Part shown: piece after piece, positions 45,107 through 63,194 of the stretch
Layout of the letters: the number at the start of each line of letters is the position of its first letter
Numbering within the stretch: position 1 is the stretch's first letter
Assembly: GCF_009914755.1 (NCBI RefSeq)
Contig: NC_060925.1
Length of the DNA stretch: 64,000 nt
Strand: one strand, 5' to 3'
DNA from: the human T2T-CHM13v2.0 reference genome, Homo sapiens
Made by a program: the position numbers and the translations under genes
Notes under the pieces: model-generated
Seen by the model: only the letters and a program-made list of their open reading frames with translations
The model's database searches: none
What the model was told of the DNA's origin: nothing

Positions 45107-47027
45107 TGAGCTCAAGCAATGTGCCTGCCTTGGCCTCCCAAAGTGCTGAGATTACAGGCGTGAGCCACCATGCCCAGCTGTCTTTCCATTTTTTTGTGTG
45201 TCCTCTTCAATTTCTTTCATCAGTGTTTTATAGTTTTCCTTGTAGAGATCTTTCATCTCCTTAAATTTATTCCTAGGTTTTATGTATTTATTTATTTATT
45301 GTAGTTATTGTAAATGGGATTTCTTTCTTAATTTCTTTTTCTGCTAGTTCATTGTTGATATATAGAAATACTACTGATTTTTGTATATTGATTTTGTATT
45401 CTGCAACTTTACTGAATTCATTGATTAGTTCTAAGAGTTTTTTGGTAGAGCTTTTAGAGTTTTCTATATATAAGATTATGTCTTTTGCAAACAGGGACAA
45501 TGTAACTGACTCCTTTCTAACTCGAATGCCCTTTCTTTCTTTCTCTTGCTTAATTGCTCTAGCTAGGACTTCCAGTACTATGTTGAATAAAAGTGGTGAA
45601 AGTGGGCATCCTGGTCTTGTTCCAGATCTTAGAGAAATAGCTTTCAGCTTTTCCTTGTTCAGTATCATGTTGGCTGTGGGTTTGTCATAGATGGCCTTTA
45701 TCATGGTGAGGTATTTTCCTTCTATATCCAATTTGTTGAGAATTTTCATCATGAAAAGGTGTTTAATTTTATTGAATAGTTTTTGGTATTTATTAAAATG
45801 ACCATAAGGTTTTTGTCTTTGGTTCTGTTAATGTGATGTATCATATTTACTGATTTGTGTACGTTGACCTATCTTTGCATCTCTTGAATAAATCCCATTT
45901 GATCATGGTAAATTATTTTTCCAGTGTGCGGCTGGATTCAGTCTGTTACTATTTTACTGAGGATTTTTACATCTATGTTCATCAGGTATATTAGCCTATA
46001 GTTTTCTTTTTTTCTGGTGTCCTTGTCTGGTTTTGGTATTGAAGTAACACTGGCATTATAGAATAAGTTGGAAGAATGCCCTTCTTTTCAGTTTTCTGGG
46101 AGAGTTTGAGAATTGGTATTAGTTCTTTAAATATCTGGTAGAATTCTGCAGTGGAGCCATTGGGTCCTGGGCCTTTTTATGATAGGAAACATTTTATTAC
46201 AAATTCATAGATTCAATCTCATTACTTGTAATTGGTCTGTTCAGGTTTTCTATTTCTTCTTGGTTCAATCTTGGTAGAATGTTTATGTCCAAAAATTTAT
46301 CCATTTCCTCTAGTTTTCTAATTTGTTGGTGTGCAGTTCTTCATGATACAAAGTCTCTAATGATACTCTGTATTTCTGTGTTATCAGCTGTCATATCTCC
46401 TTTTTCATTTCTGATTTTATTTATTTAGGTATTTTCTCTTTTTTCTTGGTTAGTCCAGCTAATGGTTTACCAATTTTGTTTGTCTTTTTGAAAAAACAAT
46501 TTTTCATTTCATTGATCTTTTGTGGTTTTTTTTTAGTTGATCTTTATTATTTATTTATTTCTAATTTTGGGTTTGGTTTATTCTTGCTTTTCTAGCTCCT
46601 TGAGATACATTGTTAATTCATTTATTTAAAATCTTTCTACTTTTTGGATGTAGGTGTTTATTGCTATAAATTTCCCTCTTAATCTGCTGTATCCCACAGG
46701 TTTTGTTATATTGTGTTTCTATTTTCATTTCTTTCAATAAAATAAAAAATTTCGGGGTGGAGCCAAGATGGCCGAATAGGAACAGCTCCAGTCTACAGCT
46801 CCCAGCATGAGCGATGCAGAACACAGGTGATTTCTGCATTTCCAACTGAGGTACTGGGTTCATCGCACTGGGGATTGTCAGACAGTGGGTGCAGGACAGT
46901 GGGTGCAGTGCACCGAGCCTGAGCTGAAGCAGGGTGAGGCATTGCCTCACCCGGGAAGAGGAAGGGGTCAGGGAATTCCCTTTCCTAGCCAAGGAAAGGG
47001 GTGACAGATGGCACCTGGAAAATCGGG

Positions 47028-47204
47028 TCACTTTACCCTAATACTGCGCTTTTCCAATGGTCTTAGCAAACAGCACACCAGGAGATTATATCCCACGCAT
47101 GGCTTGGAGGGTCCTACGCCCATGGAGCCTCGCTCATTGCTAGCACAGCAGTCTGAGATCAAACTGCAAGGCGGCAGCGAGGCTGGGGGAGGGGTGCCTG
47201 CCAT
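47028..47204 (-). pseudogene. L1 ORF0 (antisense 5'UTR ORF), 58 aa, truncated relative to the 71-aa L1HS ORF0
   Basis: MAGTPPPASLPPCSLISDCCASN... inside ORF-track entry 47028..47273. An apparent 1-bp loss near 47031 gives an early stop. Confidence 0.8.
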
Positions 47205-47773
47205 TGCCGAGGCTTGAGTAGGTAAACAACGCGGCCAGGAAGCTCCAACTGGGTGGAGCCCACCGCAACTCAAGGAGGCCTGCCTGCCTCTGTAGACTCC
47301 ACTTCTGGGGGCAGGGCATAGCCAAACAAAAGGCAGCAGAAACCTCTGCAGACTTAAATGTCCCTGTCTGACAGCTTTGAAGAGAGTAGTGGTTCTCCCA
47401 GCACACAGCTTGAGATCTGAGAACGGACAGACTGCCTCCTCAACTGGGTCCCTGACTCCCGAGTAGCCTAACTGGGAGGCACCCCGCAGTAGGGGCAGAT
47501 ACTGACACCTCGCACAGCTGGGTACTCCTCTGAGACAAAACTTCCAGAGGAACGATCAGGCAGCAACATTTGCTGTTCATCAATATCCGCTGTTCTGCAG
47601 CCTCTGCTGCTGATACCCAGGGTCTGGAGTGGACCTCCAGCAAACTCCAACAGAACTGCAGCTGAGGGTCCTAACTGTTAGAAGGAAAACTAACAAACAG
47701 AAAGGACATCCACACCAAAAACCCACCTGTACGTCACCATCATCAAAGACCAAAGGCAGATAAAACCACAAAG

Positions 47774-48790
47774 ATGGGGAAAAAACAGAGCAGAAAAACT
47801 GAAAACTCTAAAAAGCAGAGTGCCTCTCCTTCTCCAAAGGAATGCAGCTCCTCACCAGCAATGGAACAAAGCTGGATGGAGAATGACTTTGACGAGTTGA
47901 GAGAAGAAGGCTTCAGATGATCAAACTACTCCGAGCTAAAGGAGGAAGTTCGAACCCATGGCAAAGAAGTTAAAAACCTTAAAAAAAGATTAGATGAATG
48001 GCTAACTAGAATAACCAATGCAGAGAAGTCCTTAAAGGACCTGATGGAGCTAAAAACCACAGCACGAGAACTATGTGATGAATGCACAAGTCTCAGTAGC
48101 CGATTCGATCAACTGGAAGAAAGGGTATCAGTGATGGAAGATCAAATGAATGAAATGAAGCCAGGAGAGACGTTTAGAGAAAAAAGAATAAAAAGAAATG
48201 AACAAAGCCTCCAAGAAATATGTGACTATGTGAAAAGACCAAATCTACATCTGATTGGTGTAACTGAAAGTGACGGGGAGAATGGAACCAAGTTGGAAAA
48301 CACTCTGCAGGATATTATCGAGGAGAACTTCCCCAAGCTAGCAAGGCAGGCCAACATTCAGATTCAGGAAATACAGAGAACGCCACAAAGATACTCCTCG
48401 AGAAGAGCAACTCCAAGACACATAATTGTCAGATTCACCAAAGTTGAAATGAAGGAAAAAATGTTAAGGGCAGCCAGAGAGAAAGGTCAGGTTACCCACA
48501 AAGGGAAGCCCATCAGACTAACAGCGGATCTCTCGGCAGAAACTCTACAAGCCAGAAGAGAGTGGGGGCCAATATTCAACATGCTTAAAGAAAAGAATTT
48601 TCAACCCAGAATTTCATATCCAGCCAAACTAAGCTTCATAAGTGAAGGAGAAATAAAATCCTTTACAGACAAGCAAATGCTGAGAGATTTTGTCACCATC
48701 AGGCCTGCCCTAAAAGAGCTCCTGAAGGAAGCACTAAACATGGAAAGGAACAACCGGTACCAGCCACTGCAAAAACATGCCAAACTGTAA
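47774..48790 (+). pseudogene. L1 ORF1p (338 codons) with a single premature stop
   Basis: ATG GGG AAA AAA CAG at 47774. TGA at 47918-47920 (CGA>TGA). Remainder open to 48790 (ORF track 48044..48790). Confidence 0.93.
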
Positions 48791-48853
48791 AGACCATCGA
48801 GGCTAGGAAGAAACTGCATCAACTAACGAGCAAAATAACCAGCTAACATCATA

Positions 48854-52787
<3,934 letters not shown>

Positions 52788-52977
52788 TGACGAGTTAATG
52801 GGTGCAGCACACCAACGTGGCACATGTATACATATGTAACAAACCTGCACGTTGTGCACATGTACCCTAAAACTTAAAGTATAATAAAAAAAAATTTCCT
52901 TTTTCATTTCTTCATTGACCCATTGGTCACTCAGGAGCATGCTGTTTAATTTCCTGTTTGTAACATATCAGAAGTTC

Positions 52978-54272
<1,295 letters not shown>

Positions 54273-57109
54273 AAAATGTACTTTATATTCATTTCTGTTG
54301 TTGATTTTCTGTCTAGATGATCTATCCAAATGCTGAGTGTGGAGTGCTGAAACCCCCAACTTTTATTGTATCGGACTCTATCTCTCCATTTAGATCAAAT
54401 AAGATATGCTTTATATATATCTGAGTACTACAGTGTTGGGTTCATATATATTTATAATTGTTATATCCTCTGGCTGAATTGATCCCTTTAACATTATGTA
54501 ATGACCTTCTTTGCCTCTTTGTATAGTTTTTGACTTAAAGTCTGTTTTATCTGACATAAGCATAGCTACTTCTGCTCACTTTTAGGTTCCATTTGTGTGA
54601 AATATCATTTTCCATCCCTTCACTTTCAGTCTATATGTGTCTTTACAATTGAAGTGAGTTTCTTGTAGGCAGCATATAGCTGGTAATGACTTTTTCATCC
54701 ATTCAGCCAGTCTATACTTTTTAAGTGGGGGATTTAATCTATTTCTCTTAAAGCTTATTATTGATAGGGGAAAACTCGCTTCTTCATTTTATTAATTGTT
54801 TTCTGCTTGTTTTGTATATCCTTTGTTCCTTTTCCTTTTTTCCTCTCTTAATGTTTATCATTGTCATTTGGTGGTATTTTGTAGTGCTATGGTTTGATTC
54901 TTTTCTTGTTCTCCTTCATGAACGTGCTCTACAAGTTTTTTACTTTTGAGTGTTCATCATAGTGATGATTATCTTTTCACTTCCAGAGATAAGACTTCCT
55001 TAAGTATTTCTTGTAAGGCTGGTCTAGTGGTGTTGAATTCCCTTTATTTTTGCTTATCTGGGAAACACTTTATTTCTCCCTCATTTCTGAAGGATAGCTT
55101 TGCTGGGTGTGGTATTCCTGGCTGGCTATTTTTTTTTTCTTTCAGCACATCCCATTCTCTCCTGGCCTGTAAGGTTTCTGCAGAGAAATCTGCTGTTAGT
55201 CTAATGAGGGTTCACTTATATGTGACTTGACACTTTTCTCTTGGAGTTTTTAGAATTCTGTCTTTGTTTTTGACTTTTGACAATTTGACTGTAATGTGCC
55301 TCAGGAAGGATCATTTTGGGTTGAATCTTTGAGCTTCCTTGATCTGGATGTCTATACCTCTCCTCAGTCTTGGGAAGTTTTCAGCTATTATTTCATCAAG
55401 TAGGTTTTCTACACCTTTTCCCTTCTTTTCTCTTTCTGAACTCCCATAAGACAAATATTTGTTCACTTAATGGTGTCCCATAAGTCTTGCAGGCTTTCTT
55501 CACTGTTTTTCATTCTTACTTTTTTTTTCCCCCTGACTGGGTAATTTCAAATGATCTGCCCTCAAATCCAGAGATTCTTCTGCTTGATCAAGACTGGTGT
55601 TGAAACTCTCTAACATATTTATTTCATTCATTGACTTCTTCAGCTGCAAATTTTCTGTTTGGTTCTTGTTTATGATTCTATCTCTTTGTTGAATTTCTTG
55701 GTCATATCATGAATTGTTTTCCTGATTTCATTGTCTATCTGTATTTTCTTGTATTGTATCTCAATGAGTTTCCCTAAGATCATTATTTTGAAATTCCTTT
55801 TCTAGAAATTCACTGATTTCCTTTTCATTGGGGTCTGTCACTAGAGAGTTATGTTCCTTTGGCAGTGTCAGGTTTCCAAATTGCAGCCCTACCCTACTCC
55901 TGAGGCCCAAATCTTCAGAGCACCCCTTCCTCCCTAGAGTGTGGCCAGTGTTGTGCCCTGCCCCCTAGGGTAGAATTATAGCTACAACCTAGCCCTGTGG
56001 ACCCAAGCTGCTAAAAGGTATATCATACAGATCCTGGCTTGGTAAAACTGGCTTTCCTTGCTTTTCTTCAGCTTTCCTTGCTTTTTCATGTTTTTTTTTT
56101 TATGTCCATGTGTTGATGTTTGTGCAGCTGGAGCAACAACTGCCTCTTGAAAACTTTCTAAAGTGGTTTTCATAGAGAAAAACTTTCACCTATAGTTGGA
56201 ACTTAGTGTGCTGATTAGGAAGAGTACAATGACTCTGTCCAGGTAAGTGTAGTGGTACAGTCTCTGTGTAGCTTCTTCAGCTGTGTTCAATGTTAGCAAT
56301 AACTGCAGACACCTCAATGGCATAGGCTATAGAAATCTGTGGTTGTGGCAGGGTGGCAGCATACATTGTTAATGTCCTCAGTATCAAGGGCCTTTGGGGT
56401 CCTTCTATTCTTATTTTCCCCAGAATGGGGAGACTTAGCTGAGGGGATCCTTTTTTGTGTCAGGTCTGACATGGCCTACAAGCAGATGTAGCAGTGCTGG
56501 GTTCTGGGAGCAGGTGTTCAGAGCAGCTGTGAGGCCAGGGTCCTAGGTGCAGGGTTTTGCCAACCTATTGTAGCAGCTGGGTCTTGGGGCACAGGTTCAT
56601 TTTCTGTGGCAGGTTGGATGTAGGCTGCCTACTGAGCTAGGATCTGTGATTGTGAAGTACTCCCTAGCAGCTTGGGCCCACGGAGCTAGGCTGCAGCTGT
56701 GATTGTACCCCTAGGGGTCACAGTATAGCACTGAACCACTCTGGGGAGGAAGGGGTGCTTTGGAGATTTGGGGTTCAGGAGCAGGGTATGGCTGCAACTT
56801 GGAAACCTGAGCCAATAAGGCTCAGTAACAACTCAGGTCCCAGTGGATGAGGCACTGTGTAGTAGTGACTGTATACCCTGAGATGGTGGGACTTGGAAGT
56901 AACTCAGATTCTGTGATGCCAGGTGCAGTGGCAGCAAATATCCCAGAATAATGGAACACAGCTGTTGTTTGGGCCCTGGGAGGCAGGGAATGCACAGCAA
57001 TGACTATATACCCCAAGGAGAGGGGTGTCAGCAGCTCAGACTCTAGGGAGCTAGTCCAGTTCCAGGGAAGCAGGGTACTAAAGTTGTCTGGCTTATAAGG
57101 TGGGATGTC

Positions 57110-57475
57110 TCAGCTCAGCCACTGCTCTGTTTCCCTAGGACACAGGATATTACATCAGCTCAGCCCTGGGATGCACAGCTGCTCAGCTTAGCCAGTGTAC
57201 TGATTACCTAGGGGGTGAAGTGCCACTTCAGCTCAGATTGGCTGGTGGGGGACGCGGGAGGGCAGTGTGTGAATGTTCTTGGAAGCCCAGGCACTATTTC
57301 CCTGGGATGCAGGATGCCACTTCACCTTAGGTACCGAGGTGTGTGACCACTCTGGGCAGCCAAGGCATTGTTTTCTGGGATGCAGAGTGCTGCTTCAACT
57401 TAGGCACTGGGGAGGCCTGAGCAGCCTAAGTACTGTTTTCCCAAGAGACAGGTTACTACTTCAGCTCTGGCCCAA
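57110..57475. repeat. Degenerate ~65-70 bp tandem monomers in the old L1 5'UTR
   Basis: A recurring unit of the form cactgtttccctgggatgcagg.tgccacttcagctyag appears about 5 times. Confidence 0.6.
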
Positions 57476-58264
57476 AGGGCAGGGTAAGGGGTAGGTGGAG
57501 TAGCTCCACCTCCACTTGTCCCCACAGGGAAGAGTGTAAAAGCTAAACACAGCTTGGCTTGGGGATGTGTGGCCACTGGGCTGGGGTAGTTCAGCAGTGG
57601 CTCAGCCTCAGGGATGAAGGGGAGCTGTGGCTACTCACCCATGGAGGAAGACACACTCCAGACACAGTACCGGCTCCAAGATGGCATAGTGCAGTAGCCA
57701 TGAGGCCCACAAGGAGTGGAGCACAGTGTCTACTTCTTCATCTATAGGGAGACCATAGCTATGTGGACTCTAGGTGGCTCCCTCAGCTGGCCTTAGTGTC
57801 TGTGAAAACTGCAGGGGACCCTAATGGTGAGGACTATAGTTGGCCAAGGTGTTGATAGGGGTTGCTAAGATCTTCTTGCTTACCTCCTCACTGCAGGGAG
57901 AAATTTCCCCTGGTTTCCAGCTGATCCTGATTAGGGGGTGGGGTGGTGGAGGATGATGTTTCCTTCCGTTCTCTATGTGGCCCTACCAAGTTCCTGTGCT
58001 CACCTGTTTCTTTGATTTCTCCAATGTACTCCAGTACCCTCCTTCAGTTATTTTCATTAAAATGTGGTTTAGCTATTGTTTTGGTTCTTTGTGAGGATGA
58101 TGACCACGAGGGGCTTCTAGTCGGCCATCTTGCTGATGTCACTTGGACCGTTCCTGAGTGTTTTATTATTTCCTCAGGAGAGACATTCAGTAAGTAAAAT
58201 TCTTAGGTCAAAGGGTATGCATTGCAGTTTTAAAAATTTCTGAAACATAATGTTACACTGCTTT

Positions 58265-58555
58265 CTTTTTATTTATTTTTTGAAACAGGATCTCACTCTA
58301 TTGCCCAGGCTGGAATGCAGTGGCTTACTGCAGTCTTGACCTCCCAGGACCTCAGGTGATCCTCCCACCTCAGCCTCACAAGTAGCTGGGACTACAGGCA
58401 CACACCACCACTCCAGGCTAATTTTTGTATTTTTTGTAGAAACAGGGTTTTGCCATGTTGACCAGGTGGGTCTTGAACTCCTGGGCTCAAGAAATCCTCC
58501 CACCTTGGCCTCCCAAAGTGCTGGGATTACAGGGGTGAACCACTATCCCCAGGCT
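58265..58555 (-). mobile_element. AluJ
   Basis: TSD taatgttacactgctttct. Confidence 0.88.
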
Positions 58556-59719
58556 AATGTTACACTGCTTTCTAAAATGCTTGTAACAATTAGCATTCAC
58601 TGCATTTTACCTTCTCCAGCATCCAATTCTATAGGCAATTACAGTTTTAGTTTCATTTCCTTGACAGTGGCCTTGACACTTTTGAAAATATGCTCTCTTA
58701 ATATTAAGTACTAACTCTGGTAAAAGTCCAGTTATACTTAGACCTGTGAGGCACTGATAAGAGCTGGTGAATGACCAACTCAGAACTTCTAAAATGCAGA
58801 ATTTCAGGAATTTATCTAGGAAATGTATGTCAAAGTGATTATAGGAGGCAGGAGAGCTAGTCAAAATCTAAAGAACCCTCAACATAGGGATGACCTAGGT
58901 CAAATTCAGGTATCGTAAGAGCTACCAAGTTTGAATTCTTTGGGCTTGACCTAAAATAATTATAACAGTGAAATCTAAGATAGGCCGTCAGGTTATGTGG
59001 GCCCAGGCAATGAGAAATATGGCCTTAAACTGCCCATCTAAGTGTCTCAGAGAACAGAGAAAGGTTGTTACTGTAGCTTTCCTTCTTAGAATGAACATCA
59101 CCAACACCTATTTAACTATTCTGTTTTCAGTTTGATAGTAAAATGTTGATAGCTGCAGCAGTTTTTAGAAGAGCCTAAAAATCTCTTTGGAATGGTAAAA
59201 CCCTATTTTGCAAAACATGTAAACCAGATGGCCATTTCTAATTTTGGAATTTCTCAGACAGGTGTTAATCCAAAATTGTCTTCTCATTTCTCTCTTAAAT
59301 TCCAAAGAAGGCTGAAACCAAAACAAAACTTATAGAAAATGTTTCAGAGACAAATGACAGATCTTTTGATCAAAGCAATTTTTACTTAGAAGGAAACAGC
59401 TGACTTACAAAGAAATTGCACTGAGGCTATTTCTAAATAAAAGTGTTTTTGCTGTGGCATTGCAGGGAATTGAGGCACCTTCCATACTGGTGGTTACTTA
59501 CAGCAACACAAGTACCTAGAAAAATAATAGGCTTCACCTTGCCATATGGGAAAATGCTGAAAAATAATTACCCAAAGATCCTCATGAAAATATACTGATA
59601 GAATTACCTATGGTGTTTAGGGTAATAGGTATCTGGTAAATTATGTTTTAAGTGAATGTTGCTATAAATCTCTTAAATACACAGCATATACCTATAAGCA
59701 AAAGATGGCAATGGAATTT

Positions 59720-61368
59720 TTCTTAATTTTTTAATTTTTGTCGGTACATTATAGGTGTATATATTTATGAGGTACACGAGATTTTGTACAGGCATGCAAT
59801 GAATAATAATCAACTGAGGGTAAATGGGGTATCCATCAACTCAAGCATTTATTTTTTCTTTATGTTATGAACATTCCAATTATACCTTTTTAGTTATTTT
59901 TAAATGTACAATAAATTACTGTTGACTATAATTACTGTTGTGCTAACAAATACTAGATCTTATTCATTCTAACTATATTTTCATACCCATTAACTATCCC
60001 CACTTCCCGTCCACCCCACTACCTTTCCCAGTCTCTAATAGCCATCATTTTACTCTTTACAAGTTCGATTGTTTTAATTTTTAGCTCTCACAAATAAGTG
60101 AGAACATGTGAAGTTTGTCTTTCTATGCCTGGTTTATTTCACTTAACATAATGACCTCCAGTTCCATCCATGTTGTTGTAAATGACAGGATCTCATTTTT
60201 TTCCTATGGCTGAATAGTACTCCATTGTGTATATGTACCACATTTTCTTTATCTGTTCATCTGCTGATGGACACTTAGGTTGCTTCCAAATCTTAGCTAT
60301 TGTGAATAGTGCTACAATCTAATGGGAATGCAGAAACCTATTTTATATACTTAATTCCTTTCTTTTGGGTGTATACCTAGCAGTGGGATTGCCAGATCAT
60401 ATGGTAGATCTATTTTTAGTTTTCTGAGGAACAACCATGCCATTCTCTATAGTGGCTGTACTAATCTACATTCCCATCAAAAACATACAAGGGTTCCTTT
60501 TTATCTACATCCTTGCCAGCATTTGTTATTGCCTGTCTTTTGGATAGAAGCCATTTTAACTAGAGTGAGATACATTTCTCTGATGATCAGCAATGTTAAG
60601 TACCTTTTCATATACCTGATTGCCATTTGTATGTTTTCTTCTAAGAAACATTATTCAGATCTTTTGCCCATTTTAAAATCAGATTATTAGATTTTTTCCC
60701 TATTAAGTTCCTTATATATCCTGGTTATTAATCCCTTTGTCAGATGGGTAGTTTGCAAATATTTTCTCCCATTCTGTGGGTTGTCTCTTCACTTGGTTGA
60801 TTGTTTCCATTGGTGTGCAGAAGCTTTTTAACTTGACGTGATTCCATTTGTCCATTTTCACTTTGGTTGCCTGTACTTTAGGGTATTAATCAATAAATCT
60901 TTGCCCAGACCAATTTCCTGGAGAATTTCCCCAGTGTTTTCTGGTAGTAGTTTCATAATTTCAGGTATTAGATTTAAGTCTTTAATCCATTTTGATTTGA
61001 TTTTTGTTTTTGTTGAGAGATAGGGGTCTAGTTTAATTCTTCTGCATAAGGATATCCAGTTTTCTCAGGACCATTTATTGAAGACACTGTCCTTTCCCCA
61101 ATGTATATTCTTGGCACCTTTGTCAAAAACGAGTTCACTGTAGATGTATATATTTATTTCTGGGTTCTCTATCCTGTTCCCTTGGTCTCTGTGCTTGTTT
61201 TTATGTCAGTGCCATGCTGTTTTGGTTATAATAGCTCTGTAGTATAATTCTAAGTCAAGTAATGTCATTCCTTTAGTTTTGTTCTTTTTGCTCAGGATGA
61301 CTTTGGCTATTCTGGGTCTTCTGTGGTTCCACATAAATTTTAGGATTTTTTTTCTATTTCTGTGAAGG
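59720..61368 (-). mobile_element. 5'-truncated L1MA (L1MA2/3-like) 3' portion
   Basis: T-rich 3' end, gtaaatggggtatccatc 3'UTR, and ORF2 C-terminal remnants. Confidence 0.8.
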
Positions 61369-62639
61369 ATTTAAAAAATTATACCAAAGAACAAGCTAGC
61401 TTGATACTGTTTTAAATGTAAGTTTCTCTTCTTCCACCCACTATTTCCTAACATTACTAGCCATTAATATATGGATAATAGGGCCATATCTGCAAAGAAA
61501 TATTAAATCAGAGACTAAGTCTTAGACAGATGAGTGTTAGCTAGCATAGAAGCACAAGTTGTTAAGGGCTAGAAGAGGCCTTGAAGATAACATAGTTGGA
61601 ATAACTTTATAAATGAGGCCCCAAAATGGTTTGGAATTTGTCAACTTATCATCCAACTAGTAAGTTACGTGAACTTGAGTAAGTTATTAAGCTTCTTTGA
61701 GTTTTAGTGTCTTCATCAATAAAATGCAGATATAAAATTTAATCATGGACAAAATATATATTTTAAAATTCCTATTTATATAAGTATGATAATGTATATA
61801 ATATGAATACAATGATACCTACATTGGGGGATATACTCAAAAAATTTCCCAGTAGAGATGCACAGTCAAAAAAGCATGCAGATGAGTGAAAAAAAGGCAC
61901 AGTATGTGGGGCCTGGTAGTGTTTGTTTCTCCCAGGTAAGTGTAATACCTAGTACTCTTGCTCTTTTCACGATGCCATGGAATTCCGTAGAGAATCTATG
62001 GACCTAAAACCAGCCTACCTGTAAATGAAAGGGCTGAGCTACTTGTATGAGAGCCTAAATTACCTCTTATCTTTAAAGATTGTACCTCTGAATTAGAACT
62101 GAATCCATTGTGGACCATTATAAACAAGCTCACATTTAACTGCCTCTACTGCACCTATCCTATAAATAAACAAAAGAAGTCAGTGTCTGGGTTCAGTTAG
62201 GCTCTTTAAATGTTTAATATTCAAATGAATGACAAAATAATCTAAAATTTCTAATCAATATTTTTAATTGCTGGAGTCTTAAGGTATGATTTAAACAAGT
62301 TAATTGGGGAAATAATATAATAAGGAGATGGGAAGATGTTGCCATAGCACAGTCCATAATGCTAAGTAAAAATTTTAAAGTTGAACAAAACAGGGCAACT
62401 AAAGTTAATCATCACATGCCACAGGTCCTATATTTTAGAACAGCCCCACTTGAATACTACCAATAAATTATTTTTAAGGTTTAGAGCATCTTTTTGTGTT
62501 TTATTCTGCAGTATTGTCTTAAAAATACATTAAAATATTTAAAAAATTGAATCAGATCAGTGGTTGCTTTGGAGAGTGACTGACTGGGAAGGGTCACAAG
62601 AGAAATTTCTAGGAAGATGGAAATGTTCTGTGCTTTAAT

Positions 62640-63194
62640 TTTTTTTTAATTAAAAAAAGTTTTTTAGAGACAGGGTCTTGCTCTGTGGCACAGGCTGGAG
62701 TACAGTGGCACAATCAAAACTTATTACAACCTTGAACTCCTAGACTCAAGGGATCCCCTCACTTCATCCTCCTGAGTAGCTAAGACTACAGGTGTACCCC
62801 GCTATGCCTGGCTTACTTTTTATTTTTTTGTAGAGACAGGGTCTTGCTATGCTGCCCAGGCTTGTCTTGAACTCCCCTGGGCTCAAGTGATTCTCCTGCC
62901 TCAGCCTCCCAAAGTGGTGGGATTACAGGCATGAGCCACCATGCGCAGCCTGTTCTGTATCTTAATAGGGATGAGGCTTACACTAATGAATGCATTTGTC
63001 AAAGCTGAACAAACTGTACAACTTAAAATCTCAGCATTTCACTTTATGTAAATTCGATCTTGATAAGAAAATTTTAAAAATATATATTTTTTTGAGACAG
63101 GGTCTTACTCTAGCACCCAGGCTGGAGTTCAGTGGCATGATCCCAGTTCACTGCAAACTCTGCCTCCCAGGTTCAAATGATCCTCCCACCTCAG
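62640..63194 (-). mobile_element. AluJ (62640-62950) in an L1ME 3' fragment, plus a partial Alu at 63085-63194
   Basis: Alu matches; tgttctgt(g/a) TSD-like flanks. Confidence 0.75.

Noticed and set aside
47013-47204. ORF0-DIPK1A fusion protein
   Set aside because: The first ORF0 donor appears absent (CCAT GCGTGG), and ORF0 stops at 47028 before the second donor, so no in-frame fusion is expected.
57110-57475. Repeat-spacer-like periodicity suggestive of a CRISPR array
   Set aside because: Degenerate L1 5'UTR monomers in a primate genome, with no identical repeats or cas genes.
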